DNA from: Bdellovibrionales bacterium
GTDB taxonomy: Bacteria > Bdellovibrionota > Bdellovibrionia > Bdellovibrionales > JAGQZY01
Assembly: GCA_031426555.1 (NCBI GenBank)
Contig: JANPLN010000065.1
Location: forward strand, 8,535 to 72,534
Direction: 5' to 3'
DNA: 64,000 nucleotides
Under the pieces are notes generated by a model. It ran no database searches and was not told the origin of the DNA. It worked only from the letters and a program-made list of their open reading frames with translations. Shown here in pieces: positions 19,602 through 28,692 of this stretch (position 1 is the stretch's first letter; every line of letters starts with the position of its first letter). The position numbers and the translations under genes are program-made.

Positions 19602-20558
19602 TCAATCGGGAAGTTCAACAAACATGATCAAATCAATATCACCGTCCCAAAAGCCCTCTGAATTATAGATTTTAAGGGCACGGTCAGTTTCGAAAATGGA
19701 TTTTTCCTCATCCCCAAATACTTTGTCCTTGGGAAGAAAGCCTGCGATCATGGCCACCGATTGAGAGTTGAGCGTCATTTCACTGGTGAAGAGGTTTTCG
19801 TCGTTCTCCTGAAGCTTTAGGCTTCCCCAACTTTTAACTTCGATGTGGAAGGACGTCGCATCATTCTTGAGGGGGTTTACCTGAAAATACAGGCCGATGC
19901 TTTTTGCAGACTCGCCACTTTTTTGACCTTTAAAAATACTTATCGGCAGACCATCAAGTTTATAGCGATTGGTAGATATGGATTTGAGTTCGGGACTTTT
20001 GCGTAAAACAGCCAGTCGCTTTTTTGAAACAATGCCCCCAAAACCATCCCCGTTGAAGGGACTGGCATTGGTTTCTCGCTGAATTTCGCTCAGTAAGGCT
20101 CGGGAGACCTGATAAAAGGAAATTTGCAGGGAGGATTTGGCCACTGTCGCCCCTTGCGCAGGTGGATCGTTAGCAACGCGAGCCGGGCGAGGCGCTTCCA
20201 CAGCCACTTTCTCGGTTGAGGCCGCCTCGATCGGCTGAGCCTGTGGAGATTCTATGCCAGGCTCGATAGCCGGCTTGTACGAAGACGGCGTCTGGGAGTC
20301 CTGGACATCCATTTGTTCGCTGGTTTGTTTAGTAATCGCAGCAACGACGTTGGTTCTTGGTTTTTTAGAAAGGGCGTAGTCGTACAAGACAAAAATAATA
20401 ATGCCCACAAACAAAATTCCCAAAATGGGGTTTTGATTGGATAGCAACAAAGCAACAATGGACTTTCGCGGAGGAACAAAATTTTTCATATTGACGCCGC
20501 ATTGGGCGCAATAAATATCCTCGGGCTGTTCGAAGTCGCATTTTGGACACTTTATCAT
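19602..20558 (-). CDS. zinc-ribbon + TM protein with periplasmic beta-domain
   Basis: CPKC-x10-CAQC, single TM helix, low-complexity linker. Confidence 0.75.
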   Translation of the reverse strand: MIKCPKCDFEQPEDIYCAQCGVNMKNFVPPRKSIVALLLSNQNPILGILFVGIIIFVLYDYALSKKPRTNVVAAITKQTSEQMDVQDSQTPSSYKPAIEPGIESPQAQPIEAASTEKVAVEAPRPARVANDPPAQGATVAKSSLQISFYQVSRALLSEIQRETNASPFNGDGFGGIVSKKRLAVLRKSPELKSISTNRYKLDGLPISIFKGQKSGESAKSIGLYFQVNPLKNDATSFHIEVKSWGSLKLQENDENLFTSEMTLNSQSVAMIAGFLPKDKVFGDEEKSIFETDRALKIYNSEGFWDGDIDLIMFVELPD

Positions 20559-20673
20559 GAAAAATCCTTCTCAAAACAGACTAACATAGTGTTTTGTGAT
20601 GAGCTAAAGAGAGTTGACGCTCCTCGCCTATGGTCTAACTGACTTCGACCCGTAGCGAGCGTAAAATCACCGG

Positions 20674-21570
20674 ATGTCAGAATCAAATCTCCATGTCCCG
20701 GTCATGCTCAATGAAATCATCGAACTCTTCAATGCGGGCTCTCCTGAGCCGCGCAAACTGCTGGATGGAACCTTCGGTCGCGGTGGGCATTCGTCGGCTT
20801 TGATGCAGCGATATCCCACTCTGCATGTTGTGGGCGTGGATCAGGATTTAACGGCCATCGACCACGGTCAAAAAGTGATCGAACCGCAGTTCCCCGGGCG
20901 CCTCACCATGTACCATGGAACTTTCGCCAAATTTACGGAACAGAATACCGATGAGTTTGATCTGATATTATTGGATTTAGGAGTGAGCTCGCCTCAACTG
21001 GATAACCCCGAACGGGGATTTAGTTTTTACCATAACGGTCCTTTGGATATGCGGATGAATCAAAACCAAAAAATCTCGGCTGCCACCATGATCAATGAAT
21101 GGGATGAAGAAGACCTGATTGATATTTTTAAAAATTACGGCGAGGTTCGCAGCCCTTACCGTGTGATTCGCGCCATATTGTTTGATCGACAAACCAAGCC
21201 GTTTACCACAACTCATCAGCTGGCGGGATTGATCGAGCGCATCGAGGGCTGGCAAAAAAAAGGCAAGCACCCAGCGACGCAGTATTTTTTAGGCCTTCGC
21301 CTGCGAGTGAATCAGGAATTGGAGAGTGTACAGGACAGTTTGCCTCGCATGATCAGGTCTTTGGTCCCGGGTGGAGTGCTCGTCGTTATGACCTTTCACT
21401 CCTTAGAGGATCGAATTGCGAAAAATATCTTTAAGGATCACGAAGAATTCGGGTATCGTATTAATAAGAAGGTCATAGTGGCAAGTGACGAGGAGCAAAA
21501 GCTGAATCCTCGATCGCGAAGTGCGAAGCTGCGTGGATTTTTGCGGAGGCCGGATGAAAAACATGAATGA
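20674..21570 (+). CDS. rsmH: 16S rRNA m4C1402 methyltransferase
   Basis: HVPVM, DGTFGRGGHS, DLGVSSPQLD, FHSLEDR, NPRSRSAKLR. Confidence 0.97.
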   Translation: MSESNLHVPVMLNEIIELFNAGSPEPRKLLDGTFGRGGHSSALMQRYPTLHVVGVDQDLTAIDHGQKVIEPQFPGRLTMYHGTFAKFTEQNTDEFDLILLDLGVSSPQLDNPERGFSFYHNGPLDMRMNQNQKISAATMINEWDEEDLIDIFKNYGEVRSPYRVIRAILFDRQTKPFTTTHQLAGLIERIEGWQKKGKHPATQYFLGLRLRVNQELESVQDSLPRMIRSLVPGGVLVVMTFHSLEDRIAKNIFKDHEEFGYRINKKVIVASDEEQKLNPRSRSAKLRGFLRRPDEKHE

Positions 21571-21850
21571 AAATATAAAGCCATTCTTGAGCGTATTTAT
21601 TTTGCTTTTATCTTTATTCGCCATTGTTTACGTTAAAATGGAAAACCGCCGAATGGGCTATGCTTTGCTGGAGCTTGCCGAAAAAGAAAAACGCGCCACT
21701 CAAAGACAACAATTGAGCATGGTGAGCCTGGCGCGCATGACAAGCCCCGAGCGTGTGCGAAAGATCGCGACTACTCAACTCACATTTCAAAACGCAAAAC
21801 AAGGACAAGTGATTCGGGTGGCTGGGCAAGGCACCGTCGCTGTAAAGTAA
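21554..21850 (+). CDS. ftsL: cell division protein FtsL
   Basis: position between rsmH and ftsI; TM + coiled coil + SPERV motif; start 21554 or 21563. Confidence 0.75.
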   Translation: MKNMNENIKPFLSVFILLLSLFAIVYVKMENRRMGYALLELAEKEKRATQRQQLSMVSLARMTSPERVRKIATTQLTFQNAKQGQVIRVAGQGTVAVK

Positions 21851-21857
21851 GTAAACT

Positions 21858-23774
21858 ATGAAGCATCGTTTATCCATACTGCTCATTTGGTTTTTTGCGA
21901 TCTGGTCGCTTCTGGTTTTTCGCGGTTTACAAATTCAACTGTACCCCAGTCACAATTTAGATCTCGCAAGCCAAAAGCAGTATCAACGGATTGTGAAACT
22001 CTATTCCAAACGCGGAGATATTTTTGATCGCAATGGCCAGGAACTTGCGATCTCTGTGCCAGCTTTTTCGCTTTTTGCCGATCCATTGTTAATCAAAACG
22101 CCGCGCCGGTTGGCAAAAAAAATGTCGCAAATTTTACCGCTGTCACAAAAAAACATTTACAAAAAATTGACTAAAAAGAATTCGCGCTTTGTGTGGATTC
22201 AGCGCTTGCTCGACGAAAACAGCAAAAAGAAAATCCTCGCGCTCAACGAAAAAGGTTTGGGATTTAAAGACGAGTTCAAACGAGTATATCCCAATAAAAA
22301 TTTAATGGCCCACACCATTGGGTTTGTGGGTGCCGATGGTCACGGGCTTGAGGGCATCGAGGCTCGCTACGATGCCCGCCTGAGTGCTGAGGATAAAGTT
22401 ATGAATCTTCCGAAAGATGCCCGCGGGCGATTTTTGGTGGAAGACGGTTGGCTTTTTATGCAAAATCGCGATGGTGAGGACGTGTACCTTACGATCGATG
22501 CAGACCTTCAGTACTTTACCGAGCAGGAACTTAAAAAAGCCCTGGTGCACCATAATGCCGAAGCCGCGTGGGCCATAGTGATGAGTCCGAAAACTGGCGA
22601 GATCCTCACCATGGCGTCACTTCCCGACTTTGATATCAACAATGCCGGTGGCGCAAGTAAAGAATCTCGCCGCAATCGCATGACCACTGATATCTACGAG
22701 CCCGGTAGTACCATGAAAACTATGTTCTTAGCGGCGGCGCTTAAAAATGGAATCATTCAAGGCAACTCAGTGATTGATACCTCCACGGGCCAAATCGAAA
22801 TCGACAAACGAGTGATTCGCGAATCTGATGCCCATCATACCTACGAAAAACTTTCCACCACCGAAGTCCTAGCCAATTCATCCAACGTGGGAGTTTCTAA
22901 AATCGCGCTGAAGATGAAAGATAAGCAGATTTACGAAGAGTATAAAAAGTTTGGCTTTGGCGAAAAAACGGGAATCGATATTCTGGGAGAATCCAAAGGA
23001 ATTTTTTTAACCCCTCCATGGCGCGATCATCACAAAGCCAATATTTCGTTTGGCCATGGGATCGCCGTGACAGCTTTGCAAATGGCCAACGCCTACGCCG
23101 CGATCGCCAACAAAGGCGTTTTGCAGAGGCCCATTCTTGTAAAATCGCAAAAAGAAATTCTCGACGCTAAAACAGTGCAAGAGCGCAACATGGGCCGAGT
23201 GCTCTCCGACAAAGAAGCCGGGAGAATCAAAATGATGCTCGTAGCAGCCACGGCCGAAACCGCAACGGGAAAATCGGCCCGCGTGCGAGGATTTCCGGTC
23301 GCAGGCAAAACCGGCACGGCACAAAAGGTTGATCCCAATGGTCGCGGGTACTTAAAGGGACAATACATCTCGAGCTTCATCGGCTTTTTGCCAGCGAACG
23401 ATCCAGAGTTTTTAATTTATGTGGTGGTAGATAATCCTCGCAACAATGGGTATTACGGTTCCGAAACGGCAGCTCCCATTTTTGCAAGAATTGCCCACTA
23501 CGCGATTAATAAACGCGGACTGGCGCCGGTGCAAATTGCCGAAGAGGATTTGATTAAGCCGCGCACCGAAATTCACGAGGTTCTGCTTGGTACGGAGGGT
23601 GAGGCTTTTGTTCCCGATATGAAGGGCTGGGCTCTCCGCGATGTGCTCCGATATGTGCAAAAAGAAAAAGTCGACTTAAACCTGGTGGGTCGCAAGGGGC
23701 GCGTTGTCAAAACAGCTCCCGCTGTTGGCGAAATTTGGACGGATGACAAGAAACTCAAAGTCTACCTCGAGTAG
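21858..23774 (+). CDS. ftsI: peptidoglycan transpeptidase PBP3 with C-terminal PASTA-like domain
   Basis: RGDIFDRNG, EPGSTMK, SSN, KTGTAQK. Confidence 0.93.
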   Translation: MKHRLSILLIWFFAIWSLLVFRGLQIQLYPSHNLDLASQKQYQRIVKLYSKRGDIFDRNGQELAISVPAFSLFADPLLIKTPRRLAKKMSQILPLSQKNIYKKLTKKNSRFVWIQRLLDENSKKKILALNEKGLGFKDEFKRVYPNKNLMAHTIGFVGADGHGLEGIEARYDARLSAEDKVMNLPKDARGRFLVEDGWLFMQNRDGEDVYLTIDADLQYFTEQELKKALVHHNAEAAWAIVMSPKTGEILTMASLPDFDINNAGGASKESRRNRMTTDIYEPGSTMKTMFLAAALKNGIIQGNSVIDTSTGQIEIDKRVIRESDAHHTYEKLSTTEVLANSSNVGVSKIALKMKDKQIYEEYKKFGFGEKTGIDILGESKGIFLTPPWRDHHKANISFGHGIAVTALQMANAYAAIANKGVLQRPILVKSQKEILDAKTVQERNMGRVLSDKEAGRIKMMLVAATAETATGKSARVRGFPVAGKTGTAQKVDPNGRGYLKGQYISSFIGFLPANDPEFLIYVVVDNPRNNGYYGSETAAPIFARIAHYAINKRGLAPVQIAEEDLIKPRTEIHEVLLGTEGEAFVPDMKGWALRDVLRYVQKEKVDLNLVGRKGRVVKTAPAVGEIWTDDKKLKVYLE

Positions 23775-23782
23775 GTACGGCG

Positions 23783-23951
23783 TTTTGGGATTCATTGCGT
23801 AAAAATAATCTCCCATTTTTTTAAAAGGGTTCTTTTTAAGACGCGTCCATCCCTGGACTCGCTCGCAGGACGAAACGTCCTGTTTGCGAGAGGTCTTAAA
23901 AAGAACCCTTTAAAAAAATAGGAGATTATTTTTACGCAATAAATCCCAAAA
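23783..23951 (+). repeat. long palindromic element copy E3 (~60-bp arms)
   Basis: arms 23783-23842 / 23893-23951 (2 mismatches, 1 bulge); core GCGTCCATCCCTGGACTCGCTCGCAGGACGAAACGTCCTGTTTGCGAGAG. Confidence 0.93.
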
Positions 23952-23966
23952 GTGTGCGGGTCGCAG

Positions 23967-24773
23967 CTAATGGGCTTTGATAAATTCGATGCCTTGATCG
24001 ATTGATGAATAGCTAAATAAATAAACGGCGATGTGGCCCAAGAATGCTGCTCTGTAGGTTTTTACTTCGCGATTCTTTTTTTGCAGAGCTGCGGCCATCA
24101 TATCCATTTGCTCGGGTTCGACAAGGCTGTCCCAGGAGCCGTGGTATAAAAATACGGGTGGGGAGTTTTCGCTCACTTGAAAAACTGGGGAGGCTTTTTC
24201 CCAGAGTTGTTGGTTTTCCGCGTAGGAGACGCCCAGAAATGTTTTTACAAGTGGAGAGTTGGGCCAAGCTGTAAGGTTAGCCGGCGTGCCGCCAGCAACA
24301 ACAGCTTTTACGCCAAGGGTTCCGTCGAGGCTTGCGAGCAAGGCCAAGTGGGCACCTGAGGAGTAACCCCATACGTAAAGTTTTTCGGGATCAACATTCA
24401 ACGGAGCGGCGCTATGTTTGAGCCACGAAATAGCATCGCGTACATCGTCGACAGCCTTGGGATATAAATGTTCGGGAGCCAAGCGATAGGTAACGTTCAT
24501 AACAACGAATCCCTCAGCGACCAGGTCTTTGCACAGACTTTCCATATCGCCACTGCGTTTTGCCCACGATCCGCCGTGGACCACCACGACCGCTGGACGC
24601 CCGTTGCCGTTTTTAGGAACAAACAAATCGGCCTTTAACGAGACATTCCCTACGGTTTTAAAAACAATTTCCTTTTGCACGTCGTAAGCTTGGGATGAAA
24701 ATAAAGTGGCGCAACCAAAAAAAATGCCGGCAGTAAAAATAGCTGTTACTATAAAAATTCTTCTTTTCATCAT
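23967..24773 (-). CDS. alpha/beta hydrolase (HSL/BD-FAE-like esterase), lipoprotein
   Basis: HGGSW oxyanion motif, YRLAP, GYSSG nucleophile elbow, HGSWD, GH. Confidence 0.88.
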   Translation of the reverse strand: MMKRRIFIVTAIFTAGIFFGCATLFSSQAYDVQKEIVFKTVGNVSLKADLFVPKNGNGRPAVVVVHGGSWAKRSGDMESLCKDLVAEGFVVMNVTYRLAPEHLYPKAVDDVRDAISWLKHSAAPLNVDPEKLYVWGYSSGAHLALLASLDGTLGVKAVVAGGTPANLTAWPNSPLVKTFLGVSYAENQQLWEKASPVFQVSENSPPVFLYHGSWDSLVEPEQMDMMAAALQKKNREVKTYRAAFLGHIAVYLFSYSSIDQGIEFIKAH

Positions 24774-25393
24774 GCATCGTCCTCACAGTTATCTAAAAGT
24801 GATTGTACGGCCCAGCCCACGGCATCGCTCATAGCTTCGCCGGAGTAGCCAAAATCCTCGCGGAGATCGTACCATATTTTGGCATTCACCAAACACGTCA
24901 CCAGTGCGAGTCGCTTCTGCATCTGCGACGTGACGTGCAATTTTTTTTCCGCAGCAATGCGAGCAATCATCAGTTGTGTTAATTTTTTACGAAACAAAAC
25001 ACGTGTCTCTTGCCCAAAGGGTGATAAGACATAGGCCATGGTCAATGATTCGTGTTGGTCAAAAAGTTTAAATGCGTTGATGGCAAAGCCCACAAAATGC
25101 AAGGTTTCCATTTGCTGAGTGCTGGATTGCAAAAACCCAAGCAGGTAGTTATCCATGGCATCGTGCAAAGTTTTTTTGTCTTTAAAAAAACGAAAGATAG
25201 TTCGCTGCGCAATGCCAATTTTTTTGGCCACATCCTGCAATTGGACCTCGCCGCCTCTTCTTTCCACAAGAAGTGATATAAATGCCTCGATAATCGCTTT
25301 TTGCGTTTGGGCGGATTTCTCACTGCGTGAAGTATTGTTGTATTTCCGTTTAGATACGGGTGTTTTTTTTACTTTTTTCCTGATCTGAGCCAT
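24770..25393 (-). CDS. TetR/AcrR family transcriptional regulator
   Basis: HTH 'LQDVAKKIGIAQRTIFRFFKDK'. Confidence 0.9.
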   Translation of the reverse strand: MAQIRKKVKKTPVSKRKYNNTSRSEKSAQTQKAIIEAFISLLVERRGGEVQLQDVAKKIGIAQRTIFRFFKDKKTLHDAMDNYLLGFLQSSTQQMETLHFVGFAINAFKLFDQHESLTMAYVLSPFGQETRVLFRKKLTQLMIARIAAEKKLHVTSQMQKRLALVTCLVNAKIWYDLREDFGYSGEAMSDAVGWAVQSLLDNCEDDA

Positions 25394-25431
25394 AAGTTAT
25401 TTTGCACTTCCCAATTTAAAAAATCAATGAT

Positions 25432-25456
25432 TTAATGTCATACTGTGTGACATTAA
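25432..25456. promoter_or_regulatory. probable TetR operator palindrome in the divergent promoter
   Basis: TTAATGTCA-tactgtg-TGACATTAA between tetR and the divergent operon. Confidence 0.7.
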
Positions 25457-25474
25457 TACAAAAAGGATTTAGCC

Positions 25475-26746
25475 ATGAAAATCGCAGTTGTTGGCTCGGG
25501 AATCAGTGGAATAGGCGCGGCTTGGCTCTTGTCGAAACAGCATGAAGTGCATCTTTTTGAGGCGGAATCGCGCTTGGGCGGACACGCGCACACGGTTGTT
25601 GTGAACGAAGCGCAAAATAGTATTCCCATGGATACAGGCTTTTTAGTTTACAACGAACTCACGTACCCCCATCTGACCCAGTTTTTTAAACATCTTAATG
25701 TGGAGACCATGGACTCCAGCATGTCGCTTTCCGTTCAGGTGCCGCAAAAAAACTTAGAGTGGAGCGGTGGAAACTTAAATACCATTTTTGGACAACGACG
25801 GAATCTTTTTAAACTCAGTTTTTACAAAATGCTTTTAGAGATCCTGCGCTTTGGGCGAGAAGCCGAGTCCAACCGGCAGGCAGCACTTCGTCACGCGTGG
25901 ACCCTGGGCGATATGCTACAAGCGAGAAAGTATTCTGAAGCTTTTAAATCCGACTATCTGCTGCCCATTGGAGCGGCGATCTGGTCCACGCCTGAACAAA
26001 AGATGTTGGAGTTCCCAGCGTCCACATTTTTAACTTTTTTTATCAATCATAAGCTTTTACAAGTTAACGGTCGTCCGATTTGGCGTACAGTCAAGAACGG
26101 CAGCGTGGAGTATGTTAAAAAAGCGGCCGCAGCAATTCAACACATCCATTTATCATCAGCGGTTGTAGAAGTGCGACGCGCACAAAATAAAGTTTTTTTA
26201 AAAACTTCGAAAGAGGCCTTCGAGTTTGATGCCGTTGTGCTCGCAACCCACGCGCCGATCACAGCGAAAATCCTCAAGGACCAATCGCCAGAGGAACAGA
26301 GTGTACTAAAGGCGATTTCCTACGAGGGCAATAAAGCGTTCCTCCACAACCAAGAGGAAGCCATGCCCAAGGCCAAGCGCTGCTGGTCCGCCTGGAACGT
26401 GTATGGCGAAATGAACGCGGATGCTCAGACTGCAAATCAGAAAGTATCGTTAACGTACCACTTAAACGAGTTGCAAAAGCTTCCCACGAAAACAAATTAC
26501 TTTTTAACTCTGAACCCCACAAAAAAAATAAATAATTCGCAGGGTGAAATCGAATACGCCCATCCGCAGTTTAATCAAACCGCCATTCGCGCACAACGGG
26601 CACTGCCTTCGATACAAGGTCAGGGCGGAGTGTACTTTGCAGGGGCATGGACGCGCTACGGGTTTCATGAGGACGGCTTACTGAGCGCGGTCAATGTGGC
26701 AGAGCTCCTTGGTGCTACCATTCCCTGGGCGGTGAAAAATGAATAA
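25475..26746 (+). CDS. FAD-dependent oxidoreductase (amine-oxidase family, UfaD-like)
   Basis: GSGISG Rossmann motif, RLGGHAHT, DTGFLVYN, GAWTRYGFHEDG. Confidence 0.88.
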   Translation: MKIAVVGSGISGIGAAWLLSKQHEVHLFEAESRLGGHAHTVVVNEAQNSIPMDTGFLVYNELTYPHLTQFFKHLNVETMDSSMSLSVQVPQKNLEWSGGNLNTIFGQRRNLFKLSFYKMLLEILRFGREAESNRQAALRHAWTLGDMLQARKYSEAFKSDYLLPIGAAIWSTPEQKMLEFPASTFLTFFINHKLLQVNGRPIWRTVKNGSVEYVKKAAAAIQHIHLSSAVVEVRRAQNKVFLKTSKEAFEFDAVVLATHAPITAKILKDQSPEEQSVLKAISYEGNKAFLHNQEEAMPKAKRCWSAWNVYGEMNADAQTANQKVSLTYHLNELQKLPTKTNYFLTLNPTKKINNSQGEIEYAHPQFNQTAIRAQRALPSIQGQGGVYFAGAWTRYGFHEDGLLSAVNVAELLGATIPWAVKNE

Positions 26747-27488
26747 TCTGCAATTGAGCCAAGGATTTGTCTATCACAGCCGGCGCGAAGGTGCGAAGAC
26801 AGCCTTTCGTTATCCTACGTTTTTTGCTTTTTTCAATTGCGATAACGAACAGGGATTTTTAAAAGTCTTGCGCCAAAATTTTTATGGTTTGCTGTCGTTT
26901 AAAAGCAAAGACTATTTACAACAAAAATCCGCTCCGGTGAGCGCCACCGTAAAAGATTTTTTAAAAGAAAAATGTAACTACCAGCCAGAGCAGGTTTGGC
27001 TCTACTCTATGCCACGAATGTTTGGTTATGCGTTTAACCCTGTGAGTTTTTGGTGTTGTTATAAAAATTCACGGTTAGATGCGATCCTTGTCGAGGTTCA
27101 TAATACGTTTGGAGAGCGCCACTTTTATTGGATTCACCCCGAAAAAGGCATACAGGCTACCGAGTGGTACAGATCGGAAAAGAATTTCCATGTTTCGCCA
27201 TTTTTCCCTGTGGACGGGTTTTATAAATTTCGCTTTGATTTTTTGTCCAACAGGATAAAAATCTACATTAACTATTACAATCCCGACGGATCTGTTCGCT
27301 TGGTAACTTGGGTTGATGGAGAATTAACTTCTTTAGAAAGCCATTCTTTTTTCCCTCTGTTATTTAAATATGGCTGGATCACGCCGCTGGTTGTTTTGCG
27401 TATTCATTATCAAGCTTTCAAATTATGGCTTCGTAAAAGCCGCTTTTATTCTAAACCGCTACCACCTCAAAAGGAGATTACAAAATGA
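26739..27488 (+). CDS. DUF1365 family protein (UfaO-like)
   Basis: PRMFGYAFNPVSFW, EVHNTFGERH, KNFHVSPFF, IHYQAFKLW. Confidence 0.88.
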   Translation: MNNLQLSQGFVYHSRREGAKTAFRYPTFFAFFNCDNEQGFLKVLRQNFYGLLSFKSKDYLQQKSAPVSATVKDFLKEKCNYQPEQVWLYSMPRMFGYAFNPVSFWCCYKNSRLDAILVEVHNTFGERHFYWIHPEKGIQATEWYRSEKNFHVSPFFPVDGFYKFRFDFLSNRIKIYINYYNPDGSVRLVTWVDGELTSLESHSFFPLLFKYGWITPLVVLRIHYQAFKLWLRKSRFYSKPLPPQKEITK

Positions 27489-28660
27489 AGACACCGTCAT
27501 TCCGCGGACAAATGTTTCTGAAGGTTTTAAAAAATGCCAAACACGGAACCCTCGAATTGATTCTACCTGACGGCACCCGCGATCGATACGGCGAGGGAGC
27601 CCCACAGATTCAGGTGCATTTAAAAAACTGGAAAGCGCTGGATTTGCTTTTTAGCAAAGGCGATATTGGTTTAGCCGAGGCCATTGTGGACGACCTCATG
27701 GTGGTTGATGATGTGGCGGCGCTTGTTGAGTGGGCGTGTCGCAATGATCAGGATCTTGCCAAGGTGATTTATGGCTCGTGGTATGGAACCATCGCTTCAA
27801 AGATTCATCACTTTCTCAATCGCAACAACCGCAAAGGGGCGCAAAAAAATATCATGGCCCATTACGACCTCGGCAACGAATTTTATAGTTTGTGGCTCGA
27901 TGAATCCATGACTTACTCGTCGGCGATATTTAAAACCCCAACACAGAGTTTAGCCGATGCACAAAACCAAAAGTACGATCACATTATCGATTCCTTAGAA
28001 ATAAAATCTGGAGACCATCTCCTCGAAATCGGCTGTGGCTGGGGCGGTTTTTTTAGTCGCGCCATCGAACGCACGGGCTGCAAGGTGACAGCGGTTGCAA
28101 ATTCGCCTGAGCAAATTCGCTACAATCAGGCAAAAATCGAAAAACAAAACATGAAAGATCATGTGCAAGTTTTGCAGCAGGATTATCGCGACATATCGGG
28201 GCGCTTTGACAAAGTGATCTCCATCGAAATGATCGAAGCGGTGGGAGAACAATATTGGAATGCGTTTTTCTCAAAAATGCGAGCGTCGTTGAAAGAAAAA
28301 GGCAAAGCCGCCATTCAGGGCATTACCATTCGCGAAGATCTGTTTTACTCCTACAAAAAAGGAACGGACTTTATTCAACAATCGGTATTTCCAGGAGGTA
28401 TGCTGTTGACGGACAAAGCTGTATCTCAGGCCAGTGAGCAAAATGGCTTGGTGGTTTACGGCTCCCATGAGTTCGGTTTGGATTACGCGCGAACCCTCAA
28501 GCTGTGGCGGGAGAATTTTAACAAAGCGCTCCCGCATGTTCGCGCCATGGGCTTTGACGATCGCTTTATTCGCCTGTGGAATTTGTACTTGGCATATTGC
28601 GAAGGCGCCTTTCGCGCGCAACGAATTAGCGTCAGCCAATACTGGCTCGTCCCCGTTTAA
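27485..28660 (+). CDS. cfa: cyclopropane-fatty-acyl-phospholipid synthase family SAM methyltransferase
   Basis: HYDLGNEFY, MTYSSA, LEIGCGWGG, SIEMIEAVG, YLAYCE. Confidence 0.9.
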   Translation: MKTPSFRGQMFLKVLKNAKHGTLELILPDGTRDRYGEGAPQIQVHLKNWKALDLLFSKGDIGLAEAIVDDLMVVDDVAALVEWACRNDQDLAKVIYGSWYGTIASKIHHFLNRNNRKGAQKNIMAHYDLGNEFYSLWLDESMTYSSAIFKTPTQSLADAQNQKYDHIIDSLEIKSGDHLLEIGCGWGGFFSRAIERTGCKVTAVANSPEQIRYNQAKIEKQNMKDHVQVLQQDYRDISGRFDKVISIEMIEAVGEQYWNAFFSKMRASLKEKGKAAIQGITIREDLFYSYKKGTDFIQQSVFPGGMLLTDKAVSQASEQNGLVVYGSHEFGLDYARTLKLWRENFNKALPHVRAMGFDDRFIRLWNLYLAYCEGAFRAQRISVSQYWLVPV

Positions 28661-28692
28661 TTGCCGACACTGTATTAGATAAAGTACGGACA

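Noticed and set aside
23843..23892. Hammerhead ribozyme in the element core (AGGACGAAAC resembles the stem II/GAAA side)
   Set aside because: No CUGANGA box on either strand at the required position.
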